Source: Octopus vulgaris (taxonomy: Eukaryota). From it: a DNA stretch of 64,000 bases. Where the stretch lies: assembly GCA_951406725.2 (NCBI GenBank), contig OX597822.1, positions 112,034,001-112,098,000 of the forward strand. The letters run 5' to 3'. A model generated the notes under the pieces. It saw nothing but the letters and a program-made list of their open reading frames with translations. It was not told the DNA's origin and made no database searches. Below, in pieces: positions 11,715 through 25,195 of this stretch. Position 1 is the first letter of the stretch. Each line of letters opens with the position of its first letter. The position numbers and the translations under genes are program-made.

Positions 11715-12767
11715 GTCATTAAAAGTTTTTTTTTCTTACGCTTTGCTTTGATTCTTGATTATTGCAAACAGTTGAGAAATTTTCTTTTCCAATAGAATAG
11801 GTTACTAATTAGTCTATTATAGTCCATGGAAATCATGCTTGAAGCAGACATTAAGCACAACACTCCCACCCACCACTCATCAGAATCTGTCAGACCATTC
11901 ACTCTGTACCAGCATAGAAAATAGATGCTAAATGATGATGATGGCAGCAGTGGCAATAATAACAATATTGTATTTTTAAAACGAGTTATTTATACTGAGA
12001 GCGGCCATCTGGCCTCTGTGCCAGTGGCACGTAAAAGGGCACCATTCGAGCGTGATCATTACCAACGTTGCCTTACTGGCACCTGTGCCAGTGGCATGTG
12101 TAAAAAGATTCAAGCGAGGTCATTGCCAGTACCACCTGACTGGCCCCCGTGCCGGTGGCACGTAAAAAAGCACCCACTACACTCTCAGTGTGGTTGGCAT
12201 TAGGAAGGGCATCCAGCTGTAGAAACTCTGCCAGATCAAGATTGGAGCCTGGTGCAGCCTTCTGGTTCGCCAGCCCTCAGTCAAAATCGTCCAATCCATG
12301 CTAACATGGAAAGCGGACGTTAAACGACGATGATGATGATTTGTTTGCTGACTGTTTTCCCTTATCTTTGATGTCTGTCGTCTCACATTGACAGCATTTC
12401 ATTCAATTGTCTGCAGTTATCTTCAGTTGACATTCTTGTCTATTTCTAAACTTGACTAAATTTTGATCTTTAATTCCTGACTACTGGATCTGTTGCTCAA
12501 CATTTTTGTTACCAACCTCACTGAGACCACCCTGTTGTCCTAGGATACAAATTTCTTGTTTTGAAGTGAACTTTTGTTAAAAGTGTCCATCAGAAGATTA
12601 TGTTAATTTATGTTCCAAACTCCAGCCTAATCGTGACAAAGTTGTCTTGCTAAATTCTCCATTATTTTCAAACTTAAATGAAGCAAAGACAATGTATTTC
12701 AGTATTTCAGCAGAAATTTGGTAACAGAAGCATTTTACAGTTTTTCTTTTTTCTTTCAAACAAATAG

Positions 12768-12899
12768 GAATGGGATATTCGACGTCCAGATCGTCCTGAT
12801 AGAGAGATAACAGCTCATACAGGACCAGTGTTCACACTGGACTGGAACCCTATGGACAAAAACTGGCTTGCCACCGGTGGAAGAGATAGAGCTATAAAA
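12768..12899 (+). CDS. WDR24: WDR24 exon 7
   Basis: aatag|GAA...AAA|gtaagt; [44 protein letters not shown]. Confidence 0.95.
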
Positions 12900-14185
12900 G
12901 TAAGTAATGTTGTCTGATATTGTATGCTTTGAATGTTGGTTTTTCCTCCTGTCAAAGGGTGGAGGAACTTGTATGAGTCAACGACCTTTTAGTAGTGTGT
13001 ATAAAGAGGGGGTTAACCTCAATGCTGAAAAATCCCAGAGCCAGTCATAGTGAAGTTATGGGGAGCAGTATGGAGGGTATGAAGTTGCGAATATTGATCT
13101 TCAGATTTTCATTTGACGAGTCAAGTACATCAACATCAAAAAATCAAATGGAAATTGTAGTTGTGATCCCTGTGCTGGTGGCACATAAAAAGCACCATCC
13201 GAACGTGGCCGATGCCAGCGCTGCCTTGACTGGCTTCCGTGCCGGTGGCACGTAAAAAGCACTAACTGATCGTGGCCGTTGCCAGCCTCCCCTGGCACCT
13301 GTGCCGGTGGCACGTAAAAAGCACCCACGACACTCATAGAGTGGTTGGCGTTAGGAAGGGCATCCAGCTGTAGAAACACTGCCAGATCAGACTGGAGCCA
13401 GGTGCAGCCTCCAGGCTTTCCAGACCCTGATTGAACCGTCCAACCCATGCTAGCATGGAAAACAGACGTTAAACGATGATGATGATGATATGATTTTCAT
13501 TTGGTGAAACTACAAGGCAGTGTGGACAGAAGACCCTCTTCAGTTAACGTTCAATGCAATTAGTGAATTATTTCCAGTTGATGGAACTGGTGGTTCACTA
13601 AATCACTTCAACTACTTGAAAATTTATATGGAGTTCTGGCACTTCATAGTTAGTTTTTCATCCTTAGTTTTTCACAGGGTGGGGGAACCTGTACAAGTTA
13701 ATGGCCTTTCAGTAGTGTGTACAAAGAGGAGTTGACCTCACTGAAGAAAATTCCCGGAGCCAGAGTCATGGTGAGCAGCATAGCAATTTGAAGTTGGACA
13801 TATTGATCTTCAGTTGAAGACCCAATTCAAGGTAAATAACAACTTGTAAGTAAATGTTAGTTGGTTCAGTATTCAGGTCGACTTTTTTCTGCCTTGCTTT
13901 CATGTATCAAATATTGCATTTATTTTTTCACTTTCTGAGCAGATTATTTATTGACCTGAAAAACCCCACCACTTAAAATCTCAGAGTACTTTTGGTTAAC
14001 CTCTTCAGTGATGTTTTCTCTTGTAGCAAGATAATTAGTTATTCTACCTGCATGCATTTACCTGGTGCTGTATGTCAGCACCAGGTAAATATATGTTATT
14101 CGAGTAACATCACTGCATCACAAAAGAAATTGTATTGAAGGCCTTGCAATGAGAGAGATTCTACACTGTTGTCATCCCTTGTATA

Positions 14186-14489
14186 TCTCTCTATATATAA
14201 ATGGCAAAATGTGTGTGTGTGTCCTTTATACAAATCCACAATTTTTCAGTTAGAGGGCTCGCACTTTCTATGGTCATGCACATCTTTACATTTCCCCAGT
14301 CACCCCGCAAAGCCATTAAGATATCAATAGAAGTGACTTTTTTGTGAATTTTCTATCCAAAACCCAATCAAAATACCCAAAACTTGATATGCCAGCTGGC
14401 TGTATGTGATTGGTCAGAGATTTGGACAGTAGTCGCGTGTATGTGCGCACGCACGCAGCTGTATATGCGTTGCCGGGTCATAGTGCTAG
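14186..14489 (+). mobile_element. Non-autonomous Helitron (second family; sister copy at about 35091-35450)
   Basis: a|TC...tatataaa start; ends gcgttgccgggtcatagtgCTAG|t. Confidence 0.75.
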
Positions 14490-14981
14490 TAGTGTTTTAA
14501 AAGACTACCTCTCACTTGTATTAAAAGTCACCAAGACTCAGTCTCATTTATGTTACTTCAGTACACATAGTCCGTTGTTTTGTACAGTGGCAATATGAAC
14601 CATTGTTATTCCTTATCTTGAGAGCAACCTGGAGCCAAATATTCTGACATAAAGTTAGAATTGTTACTATATAGAGAAAATATCTATTATAGAGAGAACA
14701 TTCTGAACCCATTTGCAGAATATATTATACAGTAAGTGTTGTTGCTGTAGTGAACATCTTTAAACATTTCATTATATAATTGTAGTTTTAAAAATTAGAC
14801 CAGATAGCTCAAAGATAAAAGTTGTGGCTATGAATGCGGTGTTGAGATGTATTTGAGCTACAGATATCCATACAACCTCTTTGATGATAAGGAAAGAACA
14901 TCTTTTGATAAAAGTTTTTAAATTTGTTTTATGAGATATTTTTTGTCTGATATATATTTATGTATTTGTTTTCCAAATCAG

Positions 14982-15180
14982 GTGTGGGATATGCCTACAA
15001 AGAAACTCGTTCACGTTGTACATACCATGGCCTCAGTAGCTAGGTGTAAGTGGCGACCTGACTACAAATATCTTATAGCTAGCAGTTCCCTCCTTGTGGA
15101 TTTTGCTGTCAATATTTGGGATATTCGTCGGCCGTACATTCCCCTGGCTGCCTTTAACAGACACAAAGATGTGGCTTCTG
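14982..15180 (+). CDS. WDR24: WDR24 exon 8
   Basis: atcag|GTG...TCT G|gtatgt; VWDMPTKKLVHVVHTMASVARCKWRPDYKYLIASSSLLVDFAVNIWDIRRPYIPLAAFNRHKDVAS. Confidence 0.95.
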
Positions 15181-15239
15181 GTATGTAGATCAATACATTT
15201 TCACTATTATTTTCATTTCATTTTTTTAAATAATGTATT

Positions 15240-15740
15240 TATAAATGAAATTATTATAAACACTGCTCAGGTGCACCACAACTTTTCAAAAGTGCATATA
15301 AAGCATATGCAGTAATGTACAAATGTCTGGGAAACAAACAGTGTATGAGTCAGATACATGCTTGCGTGTGTATGGAGGGGAGAAAATCAGGTGGGGTGTT
15401 GGCGAATCTCAGGAAGCATGGAAGTTTTGAAGGATTCAGTGCTCCGACAACTAACAACTGATGCCGGGAGTTTGTTCCATGCTTCAGCAACACTTAGCAT
15501 GAAAAAATGTTTCCGAAAGTGATGGGAGCTGTGCTGCTTTCTGACTTTGTAAACATGTCCACGGGTGTTAGACAGGTGGAGTTTGAAAAGGTGCTCAGAG
15601 TTATTGTTTGTAAGATGGTTAATAATTTTATGGGTGTCTGCCAAGTCAGCTGTCAGACGTCGGAGTTTCAATGTGTCCATGCCCAGGGAAATAAGGCGTT
15701 CAGAATATGGCAAATGCCTGATGGAGGGTATTCTCTTGGT
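15240..15740 (-). mobile_element. CR1-like LINE 3' fragment
   Basis: Near-identical to 780-1280; ORF 15387-15713. Confidence 0.85.
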
Positions 15741-15936
15741 GTATGTATTTCTAATAAAAAAATTTAAGAACAGTGTAATTTTAAAGTTATATCTTAAAAA
15801 TAGATTTAAAGAAAAAACAGACCTTCAGACATTTTGTATAAAAACTGTGTATAAAAATACAGTTGCTCACGAATGTATTTTTTAAAAAAGTTTTATTATG
15901 AATATTGAACTTACTCTTGTCGTTATTTGATTTCAG

Positions 15937-16161
15937 GTATTCAGTGGAGAAACAGTCCCAACATCCTCCTCAGCTGTGGTCGTGATGGCTATTTGTGCCA
16001 AAATATTTTTAAAGAGGCTCAACGCCCACTTGAACACATCAATCGTGTTGGAGTGAACATAAGTAAAAACGGTGATGTGGCTCAGGCTGTGTGTGAACAT
16101 TTGTTGAAACCATATCGAGATCAAATGTCAGAAATACACGAACCTACCAATCAGTTCTACT
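15937..16161 (+). CDS. WDR24: WDR24 exon 9
   Basis: tttcag|GT...TAC T|gtaagt; GIQWRNSPNILLSCGRDGYLCQNIFKEAQRPLEHINRVG... Confidence 0.93.
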
Positions 16162-18156
16162 GTAAGTATTCTATTAGTTCTTGTTTAAGTTTCCTGAGAT
16201 AGGTGTCTCCAGTTTTGTTTAGTCAAAAACGAGTAATTATCAAACTGACGTAGAGCAGAGATCATCATCGTTTAACGTCCGCTTTCCATGCTAGCATGGG
16301 TTGGACGATTTTGACTGAGGTCTGGCGAACCAGATGGCTGCACCAGGCTCCAGTCTTGATCTGGCAGAGTTTCTACAGCTGGATGCCCTTCCTAACGCCA
16401 ACCACTCTGAGAGTGTAGTAGGTGCTTATTACGTGCCACCGGCACGGGCCAGTCAGGCGGTACTGGCAATGACCTCGCTCGAATCTTTTTACACATGCCA
16501 CCGGCACAGGTGCCAGTAAGGCGACGTTGGTAACGATCATGCTCGAATGGTGCCCTTTTACGTGCCACTGGCATGGAAGCCAGTTGGCTGCTCTGGCAAC
16601 GATCACGCTCGGATGGTGCTCTTGGCACCCTACTAGCACGGGCACAAGTGCCAGTAAGACGACGCTGGTAATGATAACACTTAAATGGTGCTTTTTATGT
16701 GCCAATGGCACGGAAATCCATTGTAACAAACCATAAAATCAGTTTTGTAGATAAGAGTCTAACAGCCATATTAAGTTATTGATAGTGTTTTTATCAATCC
16801 ACAATGCATTATAGCTAATTAGTTATCACTGGTGAAATTGTTTATTAGTTAATGATTCTTATAAAAAGAGAATCCTAACACCAACCACTTTGCAGACTGG
16901 AGTCGGTGCTTTTTACGTGGCACTAAGCACAGGCAAGGTTAGTTGTACCAACACTGGCAGGGTCACCAAGTAACTCACAAGACAAGGAATTATGAGAGGG
17001 GCAGGGGCATTTGAGGAGGGGAACTCATGTAAGAATGAAAGGTTAGAGGGTGACAAAGAGCACACCTGTTTCTCTCCCCTTTCTCTTGGCTGGCTAACCA
17101 TATACCTCCTCTATAACAAGACACCTGTTTCTACATCTGTCTCTCGGTCACACTCTAATCTTTCATCATCTGACCCAAGATCACTTCTATTGCCCTGTCC
17201 CCTCTCAAAATTCCTTGTCTTGCAGGTTGTGCTGGTGCTATGTAAAAGGCATCCAGTTCACACTGTGAAACGGTTGGCATTTGGAAGGGCATCCAGCTAT
17301 AAAAACTATGCCAAAACTGACCTCACCTGTGCTGGTGCCATGTAAAAGCACTCAGTGTGTGTGGAGGTACATGGCCTAGTGGTTAGAGCAGCAGACTCGC
17401 GGTCAAGGGATCGTGGGTTCGAATCTCAGACTGGACAATGTGTGTGTTTATGAACAAAACACCTAAGCTCCACGCAACTCCGGCAGAAGGTAATGGCGAA
17501 ACTTCTGCTGACTCTTTCGCCACAACTTTCTCTCACTCTTTCCTCCTGCAACCTGCAGCTCACCAGTGACAGACCGGCATCCCGTCCAGGTGGGGAACCT
17601 ATACATCACGGAGACCGGGAAGCCAGCCCTCATGAGCCAGGCATGGCTCGAGAAGGAACAAACAAAAGCATTCAGTCCACTCTACAGGGTGGTTAGTGTT
17701 AGGAAGGCCATCCAGCCATAAAAACCCTGCCAAAGCAGGCACAATAGCCTGGTGTAGTCTTCTATCTGGCTGGCTCCTGTCAAAACGTCCAACCCATGCC
17801 AGCATGGAAGACAAACGTTAGATGCAGATGATATATATATTGATACAACATCATCATTATTTAGTGTCCGCTTTCCATGCTAGCATGGGTTGGATGGTTC
17901 AACTGGGGTCTGGGAAACCAGAAGACTGCACCAGGCCCAGTCTGATCTGGCAATGTTTCTACGGCTGGATGCCCTTCCTAACGCCAACCACTCTGTGAGT
18001 GTAGTCGGTGCTTTTTACGTGCCACCGGTAATATATCTATGGAAGCTCCGCTATAATGATGATGCACTCAACCATCTCAGTTTTTCAGAGCATAATGAAG
18101 ATGAAATTGTTGCTGTTTTTTCAATATTTAATGTAGGTATTTTTACTTTGTTTCAG

Positions 18157-18269
18157 TTGATGAAGCTTCTACCTCTTCGCCAAGTTCTGTCTGCCAAATT
18201 CTACAGACTGTTGAGCCTTACATGTGGGCCAAAAGCAACCTTTATTTATTTCTATCCGATTCTTCCCCA
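18157..18269 (+). CDS. WDR24: WDR24 exon 10
   Basis: tttcag|TT...CCA|gtaagt; FDEASTSSPSSVCQILQTVEPYMWAKSNLYLFLSDSSP; phases 1/0 fit both neighbours. Confidence 0.85.
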
Positions 18270-18600
18270 GTAAGTACTCTTACCATGTTGTTTGCTCATT
18301 TCTGACCCAATTACATAGCTGTTGCTTTGTTGAAGTGCAGGTGTGGGCTGTGTGATTGGGAAACTAGCTTCCAACCACATGGTTTTGGGTTCAGTCCCAC
18401 TGCATAGCACTTGTGCAAGTGTCTTCTACTATAGCCCTGCATTGACCAAAGCCATGTAAGTGGAATTGGTAGATGGAAACTGAAAGAAGCCTGTCATAAT
18501 ATATATATATAGATCTAGCATGGCCACAGCTCGTGAGCTGAAACTAGATAAAATATAAAAAATATATATAAGTGTATATATATATATATATATGTATACA

Positions 18601-18640
<40 letters not shown>

Positions 18641-18780
18641 CACACACACACATATATATATATATTTCGTTTTGGGATTTGGTTTCCAAGATTCTTTATA
18701 TTTTAGGGAGAAAAAAAAAGTGGAAATTTTACCGGTGAGTAAGGCACAAAAAGAAAACGACTCTCCCCAGACACAACAGA

Positions 18781-18832
<52 letters not shown>

Positions 18833-19809
18833 GTATGTGTGTACCCTTGTCATGTCACTATGTGATGGTTGTGCATGAGCATCACCATCTACAAGTGTCT
18901 CAACATGTGGAAATATCATCTTGCTTGGAAGCAAGTAAGTGTTGGTGACAAGAGGGACACCTTAGCCATAGAAAATCTGCCTCAATAAATTCCATCCGAC
19001 CCATGCAAGCTTGGAAAAGTGGATGTTAAAATGATAATGGCCACAACTATTATTATTGGTTTTAGGAAAGAATTAAGGCAGTGAGCTGGCAGAACTGTTA
19101 GCACACTGGACAAAATGCCACTAAGCATTCTGAGTTCAAATTCTACCAGGGTTAGTTTTGTCTTTCATCTCTTTGGGGTCAGTTAAATAAGTTTTAGTTG
19201 AACACTTGGGTTGATGTAATCAATTTGTCCCCTCCCTGAAATTGCTGGCCTTATGCCAAAATTTGAAACCATTATTAAGGAAGGGAGCTGACACAATTTT
19301 AGCTCAGTCAAAATGCCTAGTGACATTTCTTCCAAATCTTCCTGAATTCAAATTACCTTTGCTTTTCAACCTTTCAGGGTCAGTAAAATAAGACCCCATT
19401 TGAGCATTGGGGTTGATGTAATCAATTAGCCCCAAATTTCAGGGCTTGTACCTATAGCAGAAAGAATTATTATTCTTTATGATTGACTAGTTTTTGGTTT
19501 ATTTCTATTATTTACTAAATTAAGTGCAGCTGAACATTGTATACAATAAGCTTATTATTAGTATTATTATCTCACCTTTTCTCATTTTCATTTTATCTCT
19601 TACTCTTTTACTTGTTTCAGTCATTTGACTGTGGCCATGCTGGAGCACCGTCTTTAGTCGAGCAAATCGACCCCGGGACTTATTCTTTGTAAGCCCAGTA
19701 CTTATTCTATCAGCCTCTTTTGCCGAACCGCTAGGTGACAGGGACGTAAACACACCAGCATCGGTTGTCAAGCAATGCTAGGGGGACAAACACAGACACA
19801 CAAACATAC

Positions 19810-19840
<31 letters not shown>

Positions 19841-20125
19841 CATATATATGACAGGCTTCTTTCAGTTTCCGTCTACCAAATCCACTCACAAGGCATTGGT
19901 CGGCCTGAGGCTATAGCAGAAGACACTTACTCAAGATGCCATGCAGTGGGACTGAACCCGGAACCATGTGGTTGGTAAGCAAGCTACTTACCACACAGCC
20001 ACTTCGTCTTACCATTCCCAGTTAATGAACAAAATTGAGCATTAACTCTCTGCCTTTCTTGTAATTATGTAATTATACTTTAACTCATTAATATTACTAA
20101 TTAAGTTTACCCATATTCTTTCCAG

Positions 20126-20242
20126 GATCTTTCTATGGACTGGTTTATTAATACTGCTAATATGTACAAACTTAATGGTAAATCTTTTGAAGAAATCTGT
20201 GACCATAATGCTTCCGTTGCTCAAAGACTAAATAGAAAACAG
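20126..20242 (+). CDS. WDR24: WDR24 exon 11
   Basis: tccag|GAT...CAG|gtaaat; DLSMDWFINTANMYKLNGKSFEEICDHNASVAQRLNRKQ. Confidence 0.95.
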
Positions 20243-21377
20243 GTAAATATCTTATTTCTAATTTTGATGATAGTATTTTGTAGTTGTTGGTTGGTGAGAG
20301 TTGTTCCATATCATTCTTTATATTATTTCTATGAAATTGCTAACCCTATCCCTGTATGTACACTATACACAGAAAACAAATAATCTTTATCCATTCTCGT
20401 ACCATGTGTACATCATCATTGTTTAACGTCCGCTTTCCATGCTAGCATGGGTTGGACGATTTTGACTGAGGGCTGGCGAACCAGATGGCTGCACCAGGCT
20501 CCAATCTTGATCTGGCAGAGTTTCTACAGCTGGATGCCCTTCCTAACGCCAACCACTCCGAGAGTGTAATGGGTGCTTTTTACATGCCACGGCACGGGAG
20601 GTGGGGCAGTCAGGCAGTACTGGCAATGACCTCGCTCGGATCTTTTTACACATGCCACCGGCACAGGTGCCAGTAAGGCGACATTGGTAACAATCACACT
20701 CGAATGATGCCCTTTTACGTGCCACAGCACGGAAGCTAGTTGGCTTCTCTGGCAACAATCATGCTTGGATGGTGCTCTTGGCACCCTACTAGCACGGGCA
20801 CAAGTGCCAGTAAGGTGACGCTGGTAACAATCACACTTGAATGGTGCCCTTTTATGTGCCCCTGGCATGGAAGCCACTTAGCTGCTCTGTCAAACGATCA
20901 CACTCGTATGGTGCTCTTTGCATAGAGAATCAGGACCTTAGCTTAGATCATGTTTGTAAAAGATCATCCCTGCCCTTATTTATAGCATGTGCCTAAATCA
21001 TGTTCATGTCTTCTGTGTGTTTGTTTCGCCTCCATTTTTCCTAACAAGCATGGATTAGACAAATAATAGGCATTTTTTACAGCTGGATGCTTGCCCTTCC
21101 TGAAGCTAATTACTACCTGTTTTTCAAATAAAGAATCTCTTGTTCCTCATGGTTTTGAAGGCATCAAGTAAGCCAATGTTTTATTGACAGAAGTGACAAG
21201 AGCAAGACTTGAGTGTCAGAACATTTGCAAAAGCAACTGCTGATGTACACAAACACACACAATGTGCTTCTTTTCAGTTTCCATCTTCCAAATCCACTCA
21301 CAGGCTTTGATCTGCCTGAGGGGTGGGCCTATAGCAGAAGTCAGCTATCTATATCATACCCATATATATAAATGTGT

Positions 21378-22243
21378 GGGGAGAGTTCACAAAAAAAACA
21401 AAAGACGAAGACAGGCGGTGTACAAAACAAACAGATGTACTAGTATAACGCTCAGGAATAGGAAAAGTCTTTTACGTTTCGAGCCTACGCTCTTCTACAG
21501 AAAGGGACACAGAAAAAACAAGGAGAGAAAAAATGTGTTTAGTGGCTAACGATCTATCATGGCAATATATGTATATATGTGTGTGTGTATGTATATATAT
21601 ATATATGGGGAGAGTTTACAAAAAAAAACAAAGACGAAGACGGTTGTTGTAGAAAACAAACAGATGTATTAGTATAAAGCTCAGGAATAGAAAAAGTCTT
21701 TTACGTTTCGAGCCTACGCTCTTCTACAGAAAGGGACACAGAAAAAAACAAGGAGAGAAAAAAATGTGTGTAGTGGCTAACGATCTATCATGGCGATATA
21801 TGTATATATGTGTGTGTGTATGTATATATATATATATGGGGAGAGTTTACAAAAAAAAACAAAAGACGAAGACAGGCGGTGTACAAAACAAACAGATGTA
21901 CTAGTATAACGCTCAGGAATAGGAAAAGCCTTTTACGTTTCGAGCCTACGCTCTTCTACAGAAAGGGACACAGAAAAAACAAGGAGAGAAAAAATGTGTT
22001 TAGTGGCTAACGATCTATCATGGCAATATATGTATATATGTGTGTGTGTATGTATATATATATATATGGGGAGAGTTTACAAAAAAAAACAAAGACGAAG
22101 ACGGTTGTTGTAGAAAACAAACAGATGTATTAGTATAAAGCTCAGGAATAGAAAAAGTCTTTTACGTTTCGAGCCTACGCTCTTCTACAGAAAGGGACAC
22201 AGAAAAAAACAAGGAGAGAAAACAATGTGTGTAGTGGCGACAC
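21378..22243 (-). repeat. Four ~230-bp tandem units, each with a minimal hammerhead motif (retrozyme-like)
   Basis: Units start at 21378, 21607, 21838 and 22068; flanked by 13-bp direct repeat atataaatgtgtg. Confidence 0.85.
21469..21504 (-). ncRNA. Minimal type I hammerhead ribozyme motif (also 21698-21733, 21930-21965, 22159-22194)
   Basis: Minus strand: cttt CTGTAGA a gagc-gtag-gctc GAAA cg T A aaag; stem I cttt/aaag, stem II gagc/gctc, palindromic ACGT stem III. Confidence 0.7.
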
Positions 22244-22349
22244 ATATAAATGTGTGAGATGTCGATATTTCTGTGCTATACTAATATTCGTCTACTTGTA
22301 AATTATAAAGGTGCTAATAGTGATATTGAGTTAATTTGGTCTTCTGCAG

Positions 22350-22473
22350 GTGTACCTTACTTGGATGATTTTAAAGACATTGTATTCCTGTACTTCTCCA
22401 AGTAACCTGACTCCACCATACCACTCCGGTCCCGGATATTCTGCCCTTAGTGATAAACCTGATATGGAGAAGA
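22350..22473 (+). CDS. WDR24: WDR24 exon 12
   Basis: tgcag|GTG...AAG A|gtaagt; VYLTWMILKTLYSCTSPSNLTPPYHSGPGYSALSDKPDMEK. Confidence 0.92.
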
Positions 22474-23974
22474 GTAAGTACTCATTAAATCTTTCCTGAA
22501 TCTTCCTGAATTCAAATTACCTTTACCTTTCATCCTTTCAGGGTCAGTAAAATAAGACCCCATTTGAGCATTGGGGGTTGATGTAATCAATTAGCCCGAA
22601 ATTTCAGGGCTTTTTACATTGTCTTTCATCCCTATCATATTCGCTTTTCCATGCTTGCATGGCTTAGGTGGGTCTTTTCCAACATAGCATTCCAGCATTT
22701 GTCTTCTCTTTTGTCGGATTCAGCCTCCTAACATCAGCCATCACTATTCCTGCATCCATCCTGTTTGCTCATTCTCTCCCCACAGTTTCCTTCATCATCG
22801 AGCTCCTGGTACCTTTTCTTTTTATCCTCCATACACATCATTTATCCATACCAACAGTCATCTCTCACATCCTACCTTTGACCCCTTCATACACCCTCTT
22901 TCTCTCTCAACTTATTTATTTTATAACATTCTATCCATGCACCCTAACATTACACATCCAGCAGCACATTGCTTGCTTCATTTATCTCCAGCCTTTGAAC
23001 ATCCTCAACATTCAGGACCCACATCTCATTGCCAGGCAGCATCACAGGTCATGCAAAAGCAGCAGACAATCTATCCTTCGCTGGTAACTTTCAGCTGTCC
23101 TCTCATATAGATTTGAAGTTTGAGGGCCTTCGTTAATCAGGTCTCCAAATATTGGAATTTTCTATATATAAACTTGGAGAAAAGGAGTATAAATATTTTC
23201 TAAGAGAGTATGAAAATACACTGTCTCTAAAGTGACAAACTAATACCATTCATTTGAAAAAGAACTTCCTACTTCATTGTTATATCGTCGTCATCATCAT
23301 CATCATCGTTTAACGTTATATCATCATCATCCGTTCTCCATGCTAGCATGGGTTGGACGGTTTGACCGGAGATCTGGGAAGCCAGAAGGCTGCCCCAGGC
23401 TCCGGTCTTATCTGGCAATGTTTCTACAGCTGGATGCCCTTCCTAACGCCAACCACTCCGTGAGTGTAGTGGGTGCTTTTTACGTGCCACCTGCACTGGT
23501 GCCAGGCGAGGCTGGCATCGGCCACGGTCGGATTGGTGCATTTTACGTGCCACCTGCACGGAAGCCAGTCGAGGCGGCACTGGCTTCGGCCACGATTCGG
23601 ATGGTGCTTTTTACGTGCCACCGACACGGAATATCATATATGTTATGTACATTTTCTTTCTCCCCCCCCCCCTCTCTCTATATATATATATATGTTGGCA
23701 AGTGGAATAAGTATAAAAATGAACATTGTCAATTAAATTTAAAAAATTCCATATGTGGCTGAAGTGTGCTCTACATTTTAAAACTGATGTAATACTTACG
23801 TTGTTTAATGAAATGAAGTAGCATGAAACGATTGTACTACACTACCTTTGGATATCCTTCTTGCTTATTTTAATTATAATCACCCCATTTGATTTATATG
23901 GATAATACCATACCAAATTCTGGTGCCTTTAACTTAAGTACCATATTCATCTGAATCGAAATTTTTGCTGAACT

Positions 23975-24010
<36 letters not shown>

Positions 24011-25195
24011 GTTTAACGTCCGTTTTCTGCGCAAGCACGGGTTGGACGGTTCAACCAGGGTCTGGGAAGCCAGGGGCTGCACCAGGCTCCAGTCTGATCT
24101 GGCAGTGTTTCTACAGCTGGATGCCCTTCCTAACGCCAACCACTCCGCGACTGTAGTGGGTGCTTTTTACGTGCCACCGGTACAGGTGCCAGGGGAGTCT
24201 GGTATCGGCCACGATCGGTCGGTGCTTTTAACGTGCCACCGGCACAGAAGCCAGTCAAGGCGGTGCTGGCATCGGCCACGTTCGGATGGTGCTTTTTATG
24301 TGCCACCGGCACAGAAGCCAGTCGAGGCAGCGCTGGCATTGGCCACGTTCGGAAGGCACAGGTATCACAACTACTATTTCCATTGATATTTATTTCGATG
24401 TTCATGTTCTTGACTCAATAGGTCTCCTCAAGCACAGCGGGATGTTCTGGAATCCAAGGTACTTTGAATAGGCAGGGGCTATGCGGGACTGGTGCAGGAA
24501 GCAGCCCGGGTCTTTGCAGTCACAGCATATCTCCAGAGATCTCGGTCCTTCGTCATTGCCTCTGTGAGGCCCAACACTCTGAGGTCATACTTGACCACCT
24601 CATCCCATGTCTTCCTGGGTCTACCTCTCCCCCTGATACCTTCAACTGTTTAGGAGCGGCACTTCTTCACACACCTCTCCTCATCCATCAGCAGTACATG
24701 ACCATACCATCGCAAGCGTTGCTCTTGCACACCACATCTGATGCTTCTTATGTCCAGCATTTCTCTCAGGGTGCTTATCCTCTGTCGTGTGCGCACACTG
24801 ACATTACACATCCAGCGAATCATGCTAGCTTCATTTCTTTCAAGTCTACGCATGTCCTCTGCAGTCACAGCCCATGTTTCACTACCGTGAAGCATGGCAG
24901 TTCGCACACATGCATCATACAATCTACCTTTCACTCTGAGCGAGAGGCCCTTTGTCGCCAGTAGAGGTAGGAGCTTTCTAAACTTTGCCCAGGCTATTCG
25001 TATTCTAGTGGTGACACTTTCTGAGCATCCACCTCCACTACTAACTTGGTCACCCAGGTAGCGGAAACTATCAACTACTTCTAGTTTCTCCCCCTGAAGT
25101 GTGATGGAATCTGTTTTCTGAGTATCTGTGGTGTCTATTGTCCCTGTGCATCTGCCGCACATGAAAACTATCTTATCAGTTAATTTCCCTTTGAT
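23975..25195 (-). mobile_element. RTE LINE copy A, 3' part
   Basis: ORF 24650-25162 RT C-terminus; 3' UTR and (CAT)n tail on + strand at 23975-24010. Confidence 0.9.
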
